Below, piece by piece: positions 10,543-18,836 of a DNA stretch of 64,000 nucleotides. This DNA comes from Thermoanaerobaculia bacterium (lineage in GTDB: Bacteria; Acidobacteriota; Thermoanaerobaculia; UBA5066). Position numbers and translations under genes: made by a program. Location of the stretch: contig CAWFJJ010000025.1 of assembly GCA_963816185.1 (NCBI GenBank), positions 1-64,000 on the forward strand. Direction: 5' to 3'. The notes under the pieces are model-generated. The model was not told where the DNA came from. It worked only from the letters and a program-made list of their open reading frames with translations, and did not search any database. How positions within the stretch are numbered: position 1 is the first letter of the stretch; the number at the start of each line of letters is the position of its first letter.

Positions 10543-11631
10543 ATGTTTTTGGAGGCGCGCACTCACATCCGACCCGACTCCATACCGCTCACCCTCCCCG
10601 AGGCGGGGCTCGGCGCGCTCTTCGGTGTTCACGACGAAAACCTTCGGCTCCTCGAGGACGCCTTCGGCGTCGAGATCGCCGCGCGCGGGCGTGAAGTCTC
10701 CGTCTCGGGGGATCCGGAGAGCACCGCGCTCGCGGCGCGGCTTCTCTCGGAGTTCTCGAAGCTCATCGAGCGCGGGTACACACCGAAGAAGCCCGACCTC
10801 GAAGCGGGGATCCGCATCCTGAAGGAAGAGCCGTCGACTTCGCTCGTCGATTTCTTCGAGAATCGCTCCGTCGGACCGGCTCTCCGGCAGGTCGTGTCGC
10901 CCCGGAACGTGCGCCAGCAGGAGTACCTGCAAGCCATTCTCGAGCACGACATCGTGTTCGCGATCGGGCCGGCGGGCACGGGCAAGACCTATCTCGCCGT
11001 CGCCATGGCCGCGGCGGCCCTGCTCGAGAAGAAGGTCAAACGCATCGTGCTCTGCCGTCCAGCGGTCGAGGCGGGCGAGAAGCTGGGGTTCCTGCCGGGC
11101 GACCTCGCCGAGAAAGTTAATCCCTACCTCAGGCCTCTGCACGACGCACTCTACGACATTCTCGGAGTCGACAAGGTCGGCCGCATGCTCGAGCGCAACA
11201 TCATCGAGGTCGCGCCGCTCGCCTTCATGCGCGGCCGCACGCTCAACGACGCGTTCGTCATTCTGGACGAGGCGCAGAACACGACGTCCGAGCAGATGAA
11301 GATGTTCCTCACGCGCCTCGGGTTCGGCAGCAAGGCCGTCGTCACGGGCGACGTGACGCAGATCGACCTCCCGCAGGGGAAGATCTCGGGCCTCAAGGAA
11401 GCGGACCGGGTGCTCGCGAACGTCGAGGGCGTGAAATTCGTGCGCTTCGACCACCGTGACGTCGTGCGCCACCGGATCGTGCAGTCGGTCGTGAACGCCT
11501 ACGAGATCTTCGAGAAGCAGAAGGCCGATGATGCCGCCGCAGCCGCCGCGAACGGGAACGGTCACGGCAACGGCAATGGGAACGGTTACGGCAACGGAAA
11601 CGCCAAACCGCCCGCCCCGGCTCGCGAGTAG
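10543..11631 (+). CDS. phoH: PhoH-like ATPase with GN-repeat tail
   Basis: GPAGTGKTYLA, RPAVEAGEKLGFLPGD, PLAFMRGRTL, DEAQN, GDVTQIDLP. Confidence 0.95.
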   Translation: MFLEARTHIRPDSIPLTLPEAGLGALFGVHDENLRLLEDAFGVEIAARGREVSVSGDPESTALAARLLSEFSKLIERGYTPKKPDLEAGIRILKEEPSTSLVDFFENRSVGPALRQVVSPRNVRQQEYLQAILEHDIVFAIGPAGTGKTYLAVAMAAAALLEKKVKRIVLCRPAVEAGEKLGFLPGDLAEKVNPYLRPLHDALYDILGVDKVGRMLERNIIEVAPLAFMRGRTLNDAFVILDEAQNTTSEQMKMFLTRLGFGSKAVVTGDVTQIDLPQGKISGLKEADRVLANVEGVKFVRFDHRDVVRHRIVQSVVNAYEIFEKQKADDAAAAAANGNGHGNGNGNGYGNGNAKPPAPARE

Positions 11632-11667
11632 AGCCTCGGTTTTCGTTCGGGCGTATTTTCTTAGAAA

Positions 11668-12174
11668 GTGAGAAGAGCAAGGCAGCGCGCCGCGCCGGCG
11701 AATCGCGCGACGGATGTCGCCGTCGACGTCCTCATCACCGTTTCCGGAGCGCCGCCCGCGTCGGCCGTCGAGGCGTGGACCCGCAGCCTTCTTTCGAAGG
11801 CGGGCGCGAAGCGCCCTCTTTCCCTCTCCATCCTCTTCTGTGGCGACCGGCGTATGCGGAGGCTGAACCGCGAGTTTCGCCGCGTCGATCGCCCGACGGA
11901 TGTGCTCTCGTTCCCTTCTTTCGACGCTTCCGAAGCCCGCTCCGCCGGGCGGCGCGGGGAGTTCCTCGGCGATCTCGTAATCGACGTGCCGTATGCGGCG
12001 CGGCAGGCCCGGCGCCGCGGGCACGCTCTGAGGCGCGAGGTGCAGATTCTCCTGGCGCATGGCCTTCTTCACCTTCTCGGCTACGATCACGAGACGGACG
12101 GCGGCACGATGTTCCGGCTGCAGCGGCAAATCCTCCTGTCGGCCTTCGGTGAGGGCCCGGACGGACTGCCGTGA
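11668..12174 (+). CDS. ybeY: rRNA maturation RNase YbeY (start uncertain)
   Basis: LNREFR, PTDVLSF, HGLLHLLGYDH. Confidence 0.93.
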   Translation: MRRARQRAAPANRATDVAVDVLITVSGAPPASAVEAWTRSLLSKAGAKRPLSLSILFCGDRRMRRLNREFRRVDRPTDVLSFPSFDASEARSAGRRGEFLGDLVIDVPYAARQARRRGHALRREVQILLAHGLLHLLGYDHETDGGTMFRLQRQILLSAFGEGPDGLP

Positions 12175-13469
12175 TCGGGTTCGCCGTGGGGGCCGGCGTC
12201 GCGCTCCTCTTCGCGGCGTTTTTCGCGATCGTGTACGTCCTCTTCTCGGGTTTCGCGCAAGCTCTCGAGAGCCTCTCGGTCCTCCGCCGAAAAGCCCTTC
12301 TCGAGGCGAATCCGTCGCGTTTCGGCACGCTCCTCGCCTCGGAGCACGTGCGCGTCTCGCGCATTGCCGTGCGCCTCACGGCGCAGGGCGCCGTCCTGGG
12401 AGGGCTGCTCTGCCTCGGATCCGCGCTCGCCGCCCTCGGGGTCGGCGAGCCGTGGCTCCTCTCCGCCGTCGTCATCCTCCTCGGCTGGATCCTCGCCGAA
12501 AGCCTCGTCATCCGATGGGTCGCCCGCCGCGGCGGGGACGCGCTTCTGGAGTCCTTCACCTGGGTCATCCCGGCGGTGGACTTTCTCGCGGCGCCGCTTT
12601 ACCCGATGCTCTCGCGCCTCGTGGAGAAGGAGACCGACGAGGCCGAGGCGAACGCCGCAGCGGTGCCGGAGAAGGAAGACGCGACGAAGGACGCCGAAGT
12701 GCGCGCGCTTCTGGACGTCGCGCGCGAGGAGGGCCTGCTCGAGAAGCACGAGGAGGAGCTCATCACGCGCGCCGTGGGCTTCGGCGACCGCACGGTCGGC
12801 GAGGTCATGACGCCACGACCCGACATCGTGTTCGCCGAGGCGGACGCGCCGCTCGACGAGGTGGCGGACCTCCTCGTGAAGACGAAGCTCACGCGCCTTC
12901 CCCTCGTGGAAGGCTCGATCGACAAGCCCGTCGGTATCGTCCACGTCAAGGACGTCTTCACCGTGCTCCGCGGGCCGGACCCGCCGGCGACGGCACGCCC
13001 CGTCGCGCGCCAGGTCTTCTTCGCGCCCGAGACGCAGACGGTCGCGACTCTTTTGTCCGACTTTCGCCGCCGGCGCCAGCCGCTCGCCATCGTCGTCGAC
13101 GAATACGGGGCCGTCACGGGTCTCGCGACGCTCGAGGACCTGGTCGAGGAGCTCGTCGGAGAGATCGCGGACGAGCACGAGGACGAGCTGCCTCCCATCA
13201 TCGCGCAGGAGGACGGCTCATACTCGGTGGCGGGGCGCGTGAGGGTGCCGGAGATCGCGAGCCTCTTCGGCGTGACATTCCCTTCCGACGAGTACGAGAC
13301 TGTCGCCGGTCTCGTCTCCGAGCGCCTGGGACGCATCCCGAAGGCCGGCGAAACCGCGCACGAGGCGGGTCTTCTCTTCTTCGTCGAGGAGGCCGACCGC
13401 CGGCGAATCCACCGTGTGCGGGTGAAACGCGAAGACGTCGAGACGCCGGGACGCGACGCGAAACCATGA
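12171..13469 (+). CDS. HlyC/CorC (hemolysin-like) CBS-domain transporter
   Basis: TM region, VMTPRPD, AIVVDEYG, TLEDLVEELVGEI, C-terminal CorC domain. Confidence 0.9.
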   Translation: MIGFAVGAGVALLFAAFFAIVYVLFSGFAQALESLSVLRRKALLEANPSRFGTLLASEHVRVSRIAVRLTAQGAVLGGLLCLGSALAALGVGEPWLLSAVVILLGWILAESLVIRWVARRGGDALLESFTWVIPAVDFLAAPLYPMLSRLVEKETDEAEANAAAVPEKEDATKDAEVRALLDVAREEGLLEKHEEELITRAVGFGDRTVGEVMTPRPDIVFAEADAPLDEVADLLVKTKLTRLPLVEGSIDKPVGIVHVKDVFTVLRGPDPPATARPVARQVFFAPETQTVATLLSDFRRRRQPLAIVVDEYGAVTGLATLEDLVEELVGEIADEHEDELPPIIAQEDGSYSVAGRVRVPEIASLFGVTFPSDEYETVAGLVSERLGRIPKAGETAHEAGLLFFVEEADRRRIHRVRVKREDVETPGRDAKP

Positions 13470-14359
13470 GCGTTCCTCTCCGGCGCTCCGGTACGGTGGC
13501 CGTCGTCGGACGCCCGAACGCCGGGAAGTCCACGCTTCTGAACGCCCTTGTCGGGACGAAAGTCGCGATTGTCTCCGACAAGCCGCAGACGACGCGGCGG
13601 CGGCTCCTCGGCGTGAGGACGGACCCCGAGGGCCAGATCGTTTTCGTCGACACCCCGGGCCTCCACAAGCCGCTCCACCGCCTGAACAAGGCCATGATGG
13701 TCGAGGCCCTCGAGGCGCTTCGCGAGGAGGACATCCGCCTTCTCGTGGTGGACGTCTCCGTACCGTCCGGCGGCGGAGACCGGTTTGCGTTGGGCCTCCT
13801 CGCGCGGGCGCCGGCGCCGCGGATCGCCGTCCTGAACAAGATCGACCGAGTCTCGAAGGCCGCTCTCCTCCCCCGAATGGCGATGCTCGGCGAGTCCGGA
13901 ATCTTCGAGGAAATCGTCCCCGTCTCCGCGCTCACAGGCGAGGGGCTCGACGCGCTCGTCGGGGCCTTGAGGCGCCACCTCCCCGAAGGCGAGGATCTCT
14001 TCTCCGGCGCGATCGTCACGACCGCGGACCCCAGAACGCGCGCCGCCGAGCTCATCCGCGAGAAGTTTCTCGAGAGGACGCGAGAGGAGATTCCCTACGG
14101 CCTCGGGGTTCTCGTGGAGGATTGGACGCGTGACGAGGCGAGGAACGTCACGGTCGTCAAGGCGACCGTCGTCGTGGACCGCGAAGGCCACAAAGGGATC
14201 GTTCTCGGCGCGGGCGGGCGGCTCCTGCGCGACGCGGGCACGGCGGCCCGCCTCGAGCTCGAGCGCACGCTCGGCGGACGGTTCTATCTCGACCTCGTCG
14301 TGGCGGCGCGGCCAGGCTGGCGCGAGGATCCGCGCTTCCTCGAGGGTCTCACGTCGTAG
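13466..14359 (+). CDS. era: GTPase Era
   Basis: GRPNAGKS, KPQTTR, DTPG, NKID, EEIPY, KH-like GIVLGAGG. Confidence 0.95.
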   Translation: MSVPLRRSGTVAVVGRPNAGKSTLLNALVGTKVAIVSDKPQTTRRRLLGVRTDPEGQIVFVDTPGLHKPLHRLNKAMMVEALEALREEDIRLLVVDVSVPSGGGDRFALGLLARAPAPRIAVLNKIDRVSKAALLPRMAMLGESGIFEEIVPVSALTGEGLDALVGALRRHLPEGEDLFSGAIVTTADPRTRAAELIREKFLERTREEIPYGLGVLVEDWTRDEARNVTVVKATVVVDREGHKGIVLGAGGRLLRDAGTAARLELERTLGGRFYLDLVVAARPGWREDPRFLEGLTS

Positions 14360-14386
14360 ACTCAGGAGTCCGGAGCACGCGGCAAC

Positions 14387-14758
14387 GTGGTGACAGAAAA
14401 GAGGCGCACGCCCCGCACCCTTCTCGCGAAGGGAACGCGCGGGCAGCTCAAGTCGACCGTCGCGACCGAGATCCTGAATCTCTCGGAGACCGGCCTTCTC
14501 CTCGAGCTCCCGTCGACGCTCCGCCCGGGCTCGACGTACGACCTCAGCGCGATCTTCGGCGGAGTCCCGTTCTCGGGTCTCGTGCGCATCACCCGCTGCC
14601 GCGCGGGCGGATTCGCCGCCGACGACAAAGGCGGGCGCTTCCTGCTGTACAGGGCCGGCGGGGAGTTCGTCGGACTCACCGAAAGACAGCTCGAGGCGCT
14701 GCACCTCGCGCTCTCGAAGAGACTCGCGTCCGGCGCCTCGCTGAGGCGGCTGACCTAG
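14387..14758 (+). CDS. PilZ-like domain protein
   Basis: RRTPR and NLSETG (RxxxR and [D/N]xSxxG motifs). Confidence 0.65.
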   Translation: MVTEKRRTPRTLLAKGTRGQLKSTVATEILNLSETGLLLELPSTLRPGSTYDLSAIFGGVPFSGLVRITRCRAGGFAADDKGGRFLLYRAGGEFVGLTERQLEALHLALSKRLASGASLRRLT

Positions 14759-16140
14759 GAGCCCGCGAGGTCGCGAAGGGCCTGCCGTAGGGCATTTTCC
14801 AGGCGGCGGGCGCGCTCGGCGGCCTCGGATGCGGCGCTCTCGGCGCTCGAGGCGGACCTCTGAGCTGCGGCGAGCTCCTCGCGGAGGCGGGCGATCTCGG
14901 CGCTCATCTCCGCGCGGAGACCGGCGATCAATTCTTCCAGGCGGCGCTCGGTGAGGTCGCGCGCGGGGATCTCCTGCGTGCTCCCTTCGTGAGCCTCGAG
15001 CCGGCGGTAGACGCCGGACACGCGCCCGGCGGACTTGCGCGCCTCCGCGAGCACGGCGTTGAGCTTCTCGTCCACGGAGGACGTCTTTCCGAGCACGGGA
15101 ACCGAAGGCAAGGTCTGCGGCGGAGCTGCGGCCGGCGGCGGAGGCGCGGGTGGGGGAGGAGGCGGGGGGGGCTCCGTCGCGAGGGCCGCCAGAAGGACCG
15201 CGGGCGCGAGCGTCGCCGGCACCGGCTCGTCTTGCGGGACGGGTGCCGACGGCACGGCGGCCGGCGGAGTCTCGGCGGCGGGCTCCGTAGACGAGCCTGT
15301 CGAGTCGTCCGTGAGGTCGGGGAACGCTCCTTCCACGGACGGGACGACCCAGACTTCGGCTTCCTTGTCCCCCGGTTCCTCGCGGCTCTCGGGCTCGCTC
15401 GCGCTCGACGCCACGGCGAGGACGGGCGCCTCCTCCTCGACTTCGGGGACCGGCGCGGCGATGGCCGGCGCCGGAGGCGGCGCCATCGCGGCGACGGGCG
15501 AAGGCGGAGCCTCCACGTGATCCGCTGCGGACTCGAGCGGCGGCTGCCAGCCCCGCTGCAGGCGGCGGAGAAGGTCGACGAACGTGAGCTTGGAGACGAG
15601 CTTGAACGTCTCGATCACGCCCGCGCCCTCGGAGGCCACGGTCTCCACGAAGGGATACGAGTGAAAGCCGAGCGAATCCTGCAGCGCCTCGACCGAAAGC
15701 GCGCTCGGCAGATCGCGCTTGTTGTACTGGACGACCATCGGCAGCGTCTCGAGCAGGATCTTCTCCTCGTGGAGGTTGTCCTTGAGGTTTTGGAAGCACT
15801 CGAGGTTGTGAGACAGCATCGACCACTGCGAGTCGACGACGAAAACGAGGCCGTCGACGCCGCGCAGGACAATCTTGCGCGTCTCGTTGTAGAAGACCTG
15901 TCCGGGAACGGTGCACACCTGAAAGCGAACCGTGTAGCCCTTGATGTTCCCGAGCTCGATCGGGAGAAGGTCGAAGTAGATCGTCCGGTCCTGAGCGGTG
16001 GAGAGCGACAGGAGCTTGCCCGCGCCGCGCTCGAGCCGCTGATGGAGCATCTGGAGGTTGCTCGTCTTTCCGCACAGACCCGGACCGTAGTAGACGATCT
16101 TGGCCGTCAACTCCTTCGTCGCGTGGTTGAACAGGGCCAT
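14755..16140 (-). CDS. MglA-like small GTPase with Pro/Ala-rich linker and coiled-coil C-terminus
   Basis: KIVYYGPGLCGKT, DRTIYFD, TVPGQVFY, GVDGLVFVVDSQ, NKRD. Confidence 0.85.
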   Translation of the reverse strand: MALFNHATKELTAKIVYYGPGLCGKTSNLQMLHQRLERGAGKLLSLSTAQDRTIYFDLLPIELGNIKGYTVRFQVCTVPGQVFYNETRKIVLRGVDGLVFVVDSQWSMLSHNLECFQNLKDNLHEEKILLETLPMVVQYNKRDLPSALSVEALQDSLGFHSYPFVETVASEGAGVIETFKLVSKLTFVDLLRRLQRGWQPPLESAADHVEAPPSPVAAMAPPPAPAIAAPVPEVEEEAPVLAVASSASEPESREEPGDKEAEVWVVPSVEGAFPDLTDDSTGSSTEPAAETPPAAVPSAPVPQDEPVPATLAPAVLLAALATEPPPPPPPPAPPPPAAAPPQTLPSVPVLGKTSSVDEKLNAVLAEARKSAGRVSGVYRRLEAHEGSTQEIPARDLTERRLEELIAGLRAEMSAEIARLREELAAAQRSASSAESAASEAAERARRLENALRQALRDLAGS

Positions 16141-16204
16141 TCATCCCCCTCAGCGCTTTCCCCGGGGAAGAAACAAGTATAGGACGGCAGCGTATCCTGC
16201 GCCC

Positions 16205-17056
16205 GTGAGTCCCGAGGCTCGGGAGCGGCGGATCGAGGCCACCTGGGCGGGTCTGCCCATCCAGGGCGTCTCGGTGGCGGGGCGAGAGACGTGGTTTCAC
16301 CTGCCGACGCTGCATCTCGCGTTCGACCTGGGCCGCGCGCCCACCTCCCTCGTCTCCGTCCCGAGCATCTTCCTCTCGCACGCGCACCTCGACCACGCAG
16401 CGGGCCTCGCGTACTGGTGCTCGCAGAGAAGACTTCTACGTCTGCCCGGGGGCACGGCCCGCACACATCCCGCCGCGGTTCCCGCGTGGACGAAGCTTCT
16501 CGCGCTCCACGAGGCGCTCGAGGCCGTGCGGTACGACGCGCGTGTCGAAGCGATGGAGAGCGGTTCGCGCGTCAACCTCCGGCGCGACCTCGAGGTCGAG
16601 GCCTTCGAGGCGGACCACCGCGTCCCGACGCTCGGCTTCGTCGCATCCGAGATTCGCAACCGCTTGCGCGAGGATCTGGCGGGGCATCCCGCGAGCGAGA
16701 TCCGTGATGCCGCGGCGCGCGGCGAGGCCGTGGCGAAGAAGGTCGCGATTCCGCTCGTCGCCTACTCGGGCGACACGGACGCCGGGGTCTTCACGCGCGC
16801 GCCGCGCAAGTTCTTCACGGCGAAGGTGCTCCTCCTCGAGTGCTCGTTCGTGGAGGAGAGCGACCGCGAGCGCTCGAAGGAATGGAAGCACCTCCATCTC
16901 GACGAGATCGCCGAGCGGGCGGACCTTTTCGAGAACGAGGTCGTGGTTCTCACGCACCTGACGCTGCGCACGAACCCCGGCGACATCCGAAAGGCGATCG
17001 CCCGCCGCCTGCCGCCGCGCCTCGCGGCGCGGACCGTGCCGTTCCTGCCGGAGTAG
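16205..17056 (+). CDS. Metallo-beta-lactamase fold nuclease, RNase Z-like
   Basis: SHAHLDH, HRVPTLG, YSGDT, ECSF, HLH, LTH. Confidence 0.75.
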   Translation: MSPEARERRIEATWAGLPIQGVSVAGRETWFHLPTLHLAFDLGRAPTSLVSVPSIFLSHAHLDHAAGLAYWCSQRRLLRLPGGTARTHPAAVPAWTKLLALHEALEAVRYDARVEAMESGSRVNLRRDLEVEAFEADHRVPTLGFVASEIRNRLREDLAGHPASEIRDAAARGEAVAKKVAIPLVAYSGDTDAGVFTRAPRKFFTAKVLLLECSFVEESDRERSKEWKHLHLDEIAERADLFENEVVVLTHLTLRTNPGDIRKAIARRLPPRLAARTVPFLPE

Positions 17057-17067
17057 GGGCTACGTGC

Positions 17068-18228
17068 TCACGGCCAGAGAGTTCCGTCGGCCAGCGAGGC
17101 GAAGAACTCTCGGAACGGGAGAACGTCGATCCCGTCCGGGGTCCGGATCGGGTCTCTCGAGTCGAGAGCGAGAATTCTCCGCTCCAGGCCCGGGAGGCCC
17201 GAAACCGCACGGAGGCCTCGAAGGCCGTCATCCGGAATACGACGCGAGGACTTCACTTCGATGGCCAGGTAGCGCTTCCCACGCTTGAGGAGGAAGTCCA
17301 CTTCCGTCCGAACCGCATCGGCGGGCGCCCAATACGACATCTCGTCGAAGAGCCTGTCGTACTCGCCATGGGCTTTGAGACAAGAAGCGACGAAGCCTTC
17401 GAGGAGAGGTCCACGCTCTGCGGCGTCCACGCCCCCTATTCCTTTTCGTGCGGCCCTCGCCAGCCCGGGATCGATCCAGTAGAGCTTCGGGTGTCGGCGC
17501 TCGCGTACGCGCAGACGCGGCTCGAAGGCGGGTAGCCGGAATGCGAGGAGCGTGTCTTCGAGGATGCCGAGGTAACCGTCGACCGTCGTTCGTGAGACGC
17601 CGCAGTCCCGGGCGAGGCTCGAGACGTTGACGGTCTGCCCGTGGCCGAGCGCCGCGACCGGCAGGAACCGCGCAAACCCCGGAAGGTTGCGTGCGAGCGC
17701 CTCCGCCTGGATCTCCTCCTTCAGGTAGGTCTGGACATAGGCACGAAGGGTTGCGTCGCGGTCCTCCGAAGACCAGACCACGGGGAGGGTCCCGCGCGCG
17801 AGAACGGCCTGAAGGTCGAAATCTCCGCCGAGCTCCGAGGGAAGGAGCGGAAACATGGACTTCTGAAGGGCGCGACCCGCCAGGAGATTCGTCCCGGCGC
17901 GGCGCAGCTTGCGGGCGCTCGAACCGGACAGGACGAACTTCAGCCGGCGGTCTTCGATGTGACGCTGGACTTCGTTGAGCAGCGACGGCAGTCGCTGGAC
18001 CTCGTCGACCCAGACCCACGAGCCAGACCGCACCGTTTGGAGGCGGCCCGCGAAGAGGCCAGCATCACCGAGGAGAGACTGGAAGAGACCTTCATCGAGG
18101 AGATCGAAACGCAGGGCGTCGGGGAACGAGGCTTTCACCCACGTGCTCTTCCCGGTCCCGCGGGGTCCGAGGAGAAAGAAGGACTGCTTCGGCGGCGTCA
18201 GACGGCGAGGATAAAGTTTGAATACCAT
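17068..18228 (-). CDS. AAA_14 ATPase with DUF4143 and PD-(D/E)XK-like C-terminus
   Basis: GPRGTGKST, DEVQR, GSSARKL, PKLYWIDPG, EVDFLL...IEVK. Confidence 0.85.
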   Translation of the reverse strand: MVFKLYPRRLTPPKQSFFLLGPRGTGKSTWVKASFPDALRFDLLDEGLFQSLLGDAGLFAGRLQTVRSGSWVWVDEVQRLPSLLNEVQRHIEDRRLKFVLSGSSARKLRRAGTNLLAGRALQKSMFPLLPSELGGDFDLQAVLARGTLPVVWSSEDRDATLRAYVQTYLKEEIQAEALARNLPGFARFLPVAALGHGQTVNVSSLARDCGVSRTTVDGYLGILEDTLLAFRLPAFEPRLRVRERRHPKLYWIDPGLARAARKGIGGVDAAERGPLLEGFVASCLKAHGEYDRLFDEMSYWAPADAVRTEVDFLLKRGKRYLAIEVKSSRRIPDDGLRGLRAVSGLPGLERRILALDSRDPIRTPDGIDVLPFREFFASLADGTLWP

Positions 18229-18259
18229 GCCGTCATTTTACGCCGCAAAATGACGGCAT
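18227..18259. promoter_or_regulatory. Perfect 13-bp inverted repeat over the AAA ATPase translation start
   Basis: ATGCCGTCATTTT-ACGCCGC-AAAATGACGGCAT. Confidence 0.6.
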
Positions 18260-18260
18260 A

Positions 18261-18836
18261 CTAGGCAATAGGTGAGGTGCTAGTGCCCGCGATTTGGCCG
18301 CCCTTCGCCGTCCATTCGCCGAGCGCCTGCCGCCACTCCCACGCGTGGCCGGGGGAAAGCACGAACTCCACGACCTCGCCGCTCGTCGCGGTGACGCGAA
18401 GGACTTTGCTTCGGAGGAACCCTCTCTGAGCCTGTGTTCGTTCGTCTGTTTCGATTCGCTGAATTTCTTCGAAAGTGAATTTACCCGAGTGCCCCCACAG
18501 GCCGTCCCATGCGAGGCCGGCCGGAGTGAGGGCGACGGTGCCGGGGATGAGCGCGCGTCCGCGCGCTGCGGGGGGCGCGCCGCGCTCGACGCGGCGCGCC
18601 CCTGCGGCGGCGCCTTCGGCGCCGCCCGGAGATTCGGAGTCGGATTTTCTTAGAAGGTCAAGAGAAAGAGGGGCGGAGGTCAGAAGGCACGGCGTGCCGA
18701 TTCGCACGACCCTTCCTAACCCTTCTAAGAAAATACGCCCTCTCCGTCTGGCAACCAGTCGTGTCGTGAGAACGAAGCCCGCGGTTGTCAGCAAAAAAAT
18801 CCCTGCAACGACCGCGATCACGCCGACGCCCGTCAC
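18261..18836 (-). CDS. Membrane-anchored hypothetical protein carrying an in-frame palindromic insert
   Basis: GTG overlapping the VWA stop; N-terminal TM GVGVIAVVAGIFLLTTAGFVL; PH-like C-terminus. Confidence 0.6.
   Translation of the reverse strand: MTGVGVIAVVAGIFLLTTAGFVLTTRLVARRRGRIFLEGLGRVVRIGTPCLLTSAPLSLDLLRKSDSESPGGAEGAAAGARRVERGAPPAARGRALIPGTVALTPAGLAWDGLWGHSGKFTFEEIQRIETDERTQAQRGFLRSKVLRVTATSGEVVEFVLSPGHAWEWRQALGEWTAKGGQIAGTSTSPIA
18572..18740. repeat. REP/MITE-like palindromic element
   Basis: 13-bp hairpin 18572-18602, 9-bp hairpin 18606-18626, 14-bp inverted repeat 18644-18657/18721-18734. Confidence 0.55.

Noticed and set aside
11545-11601. GGCAAC-type tandem repeat
   Set aside because: Coding low-complexity GN tail of PhoH, not a CRISPR or contingency locus
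12599-16396. Long alternative-frame ORFs (this 1265-aa one, 17..2443, 30138..31895, 58284..60131 and others)
   Set aside because: Shadow ORFs typical of high-GC DNA; only the parts with real motifs were kept
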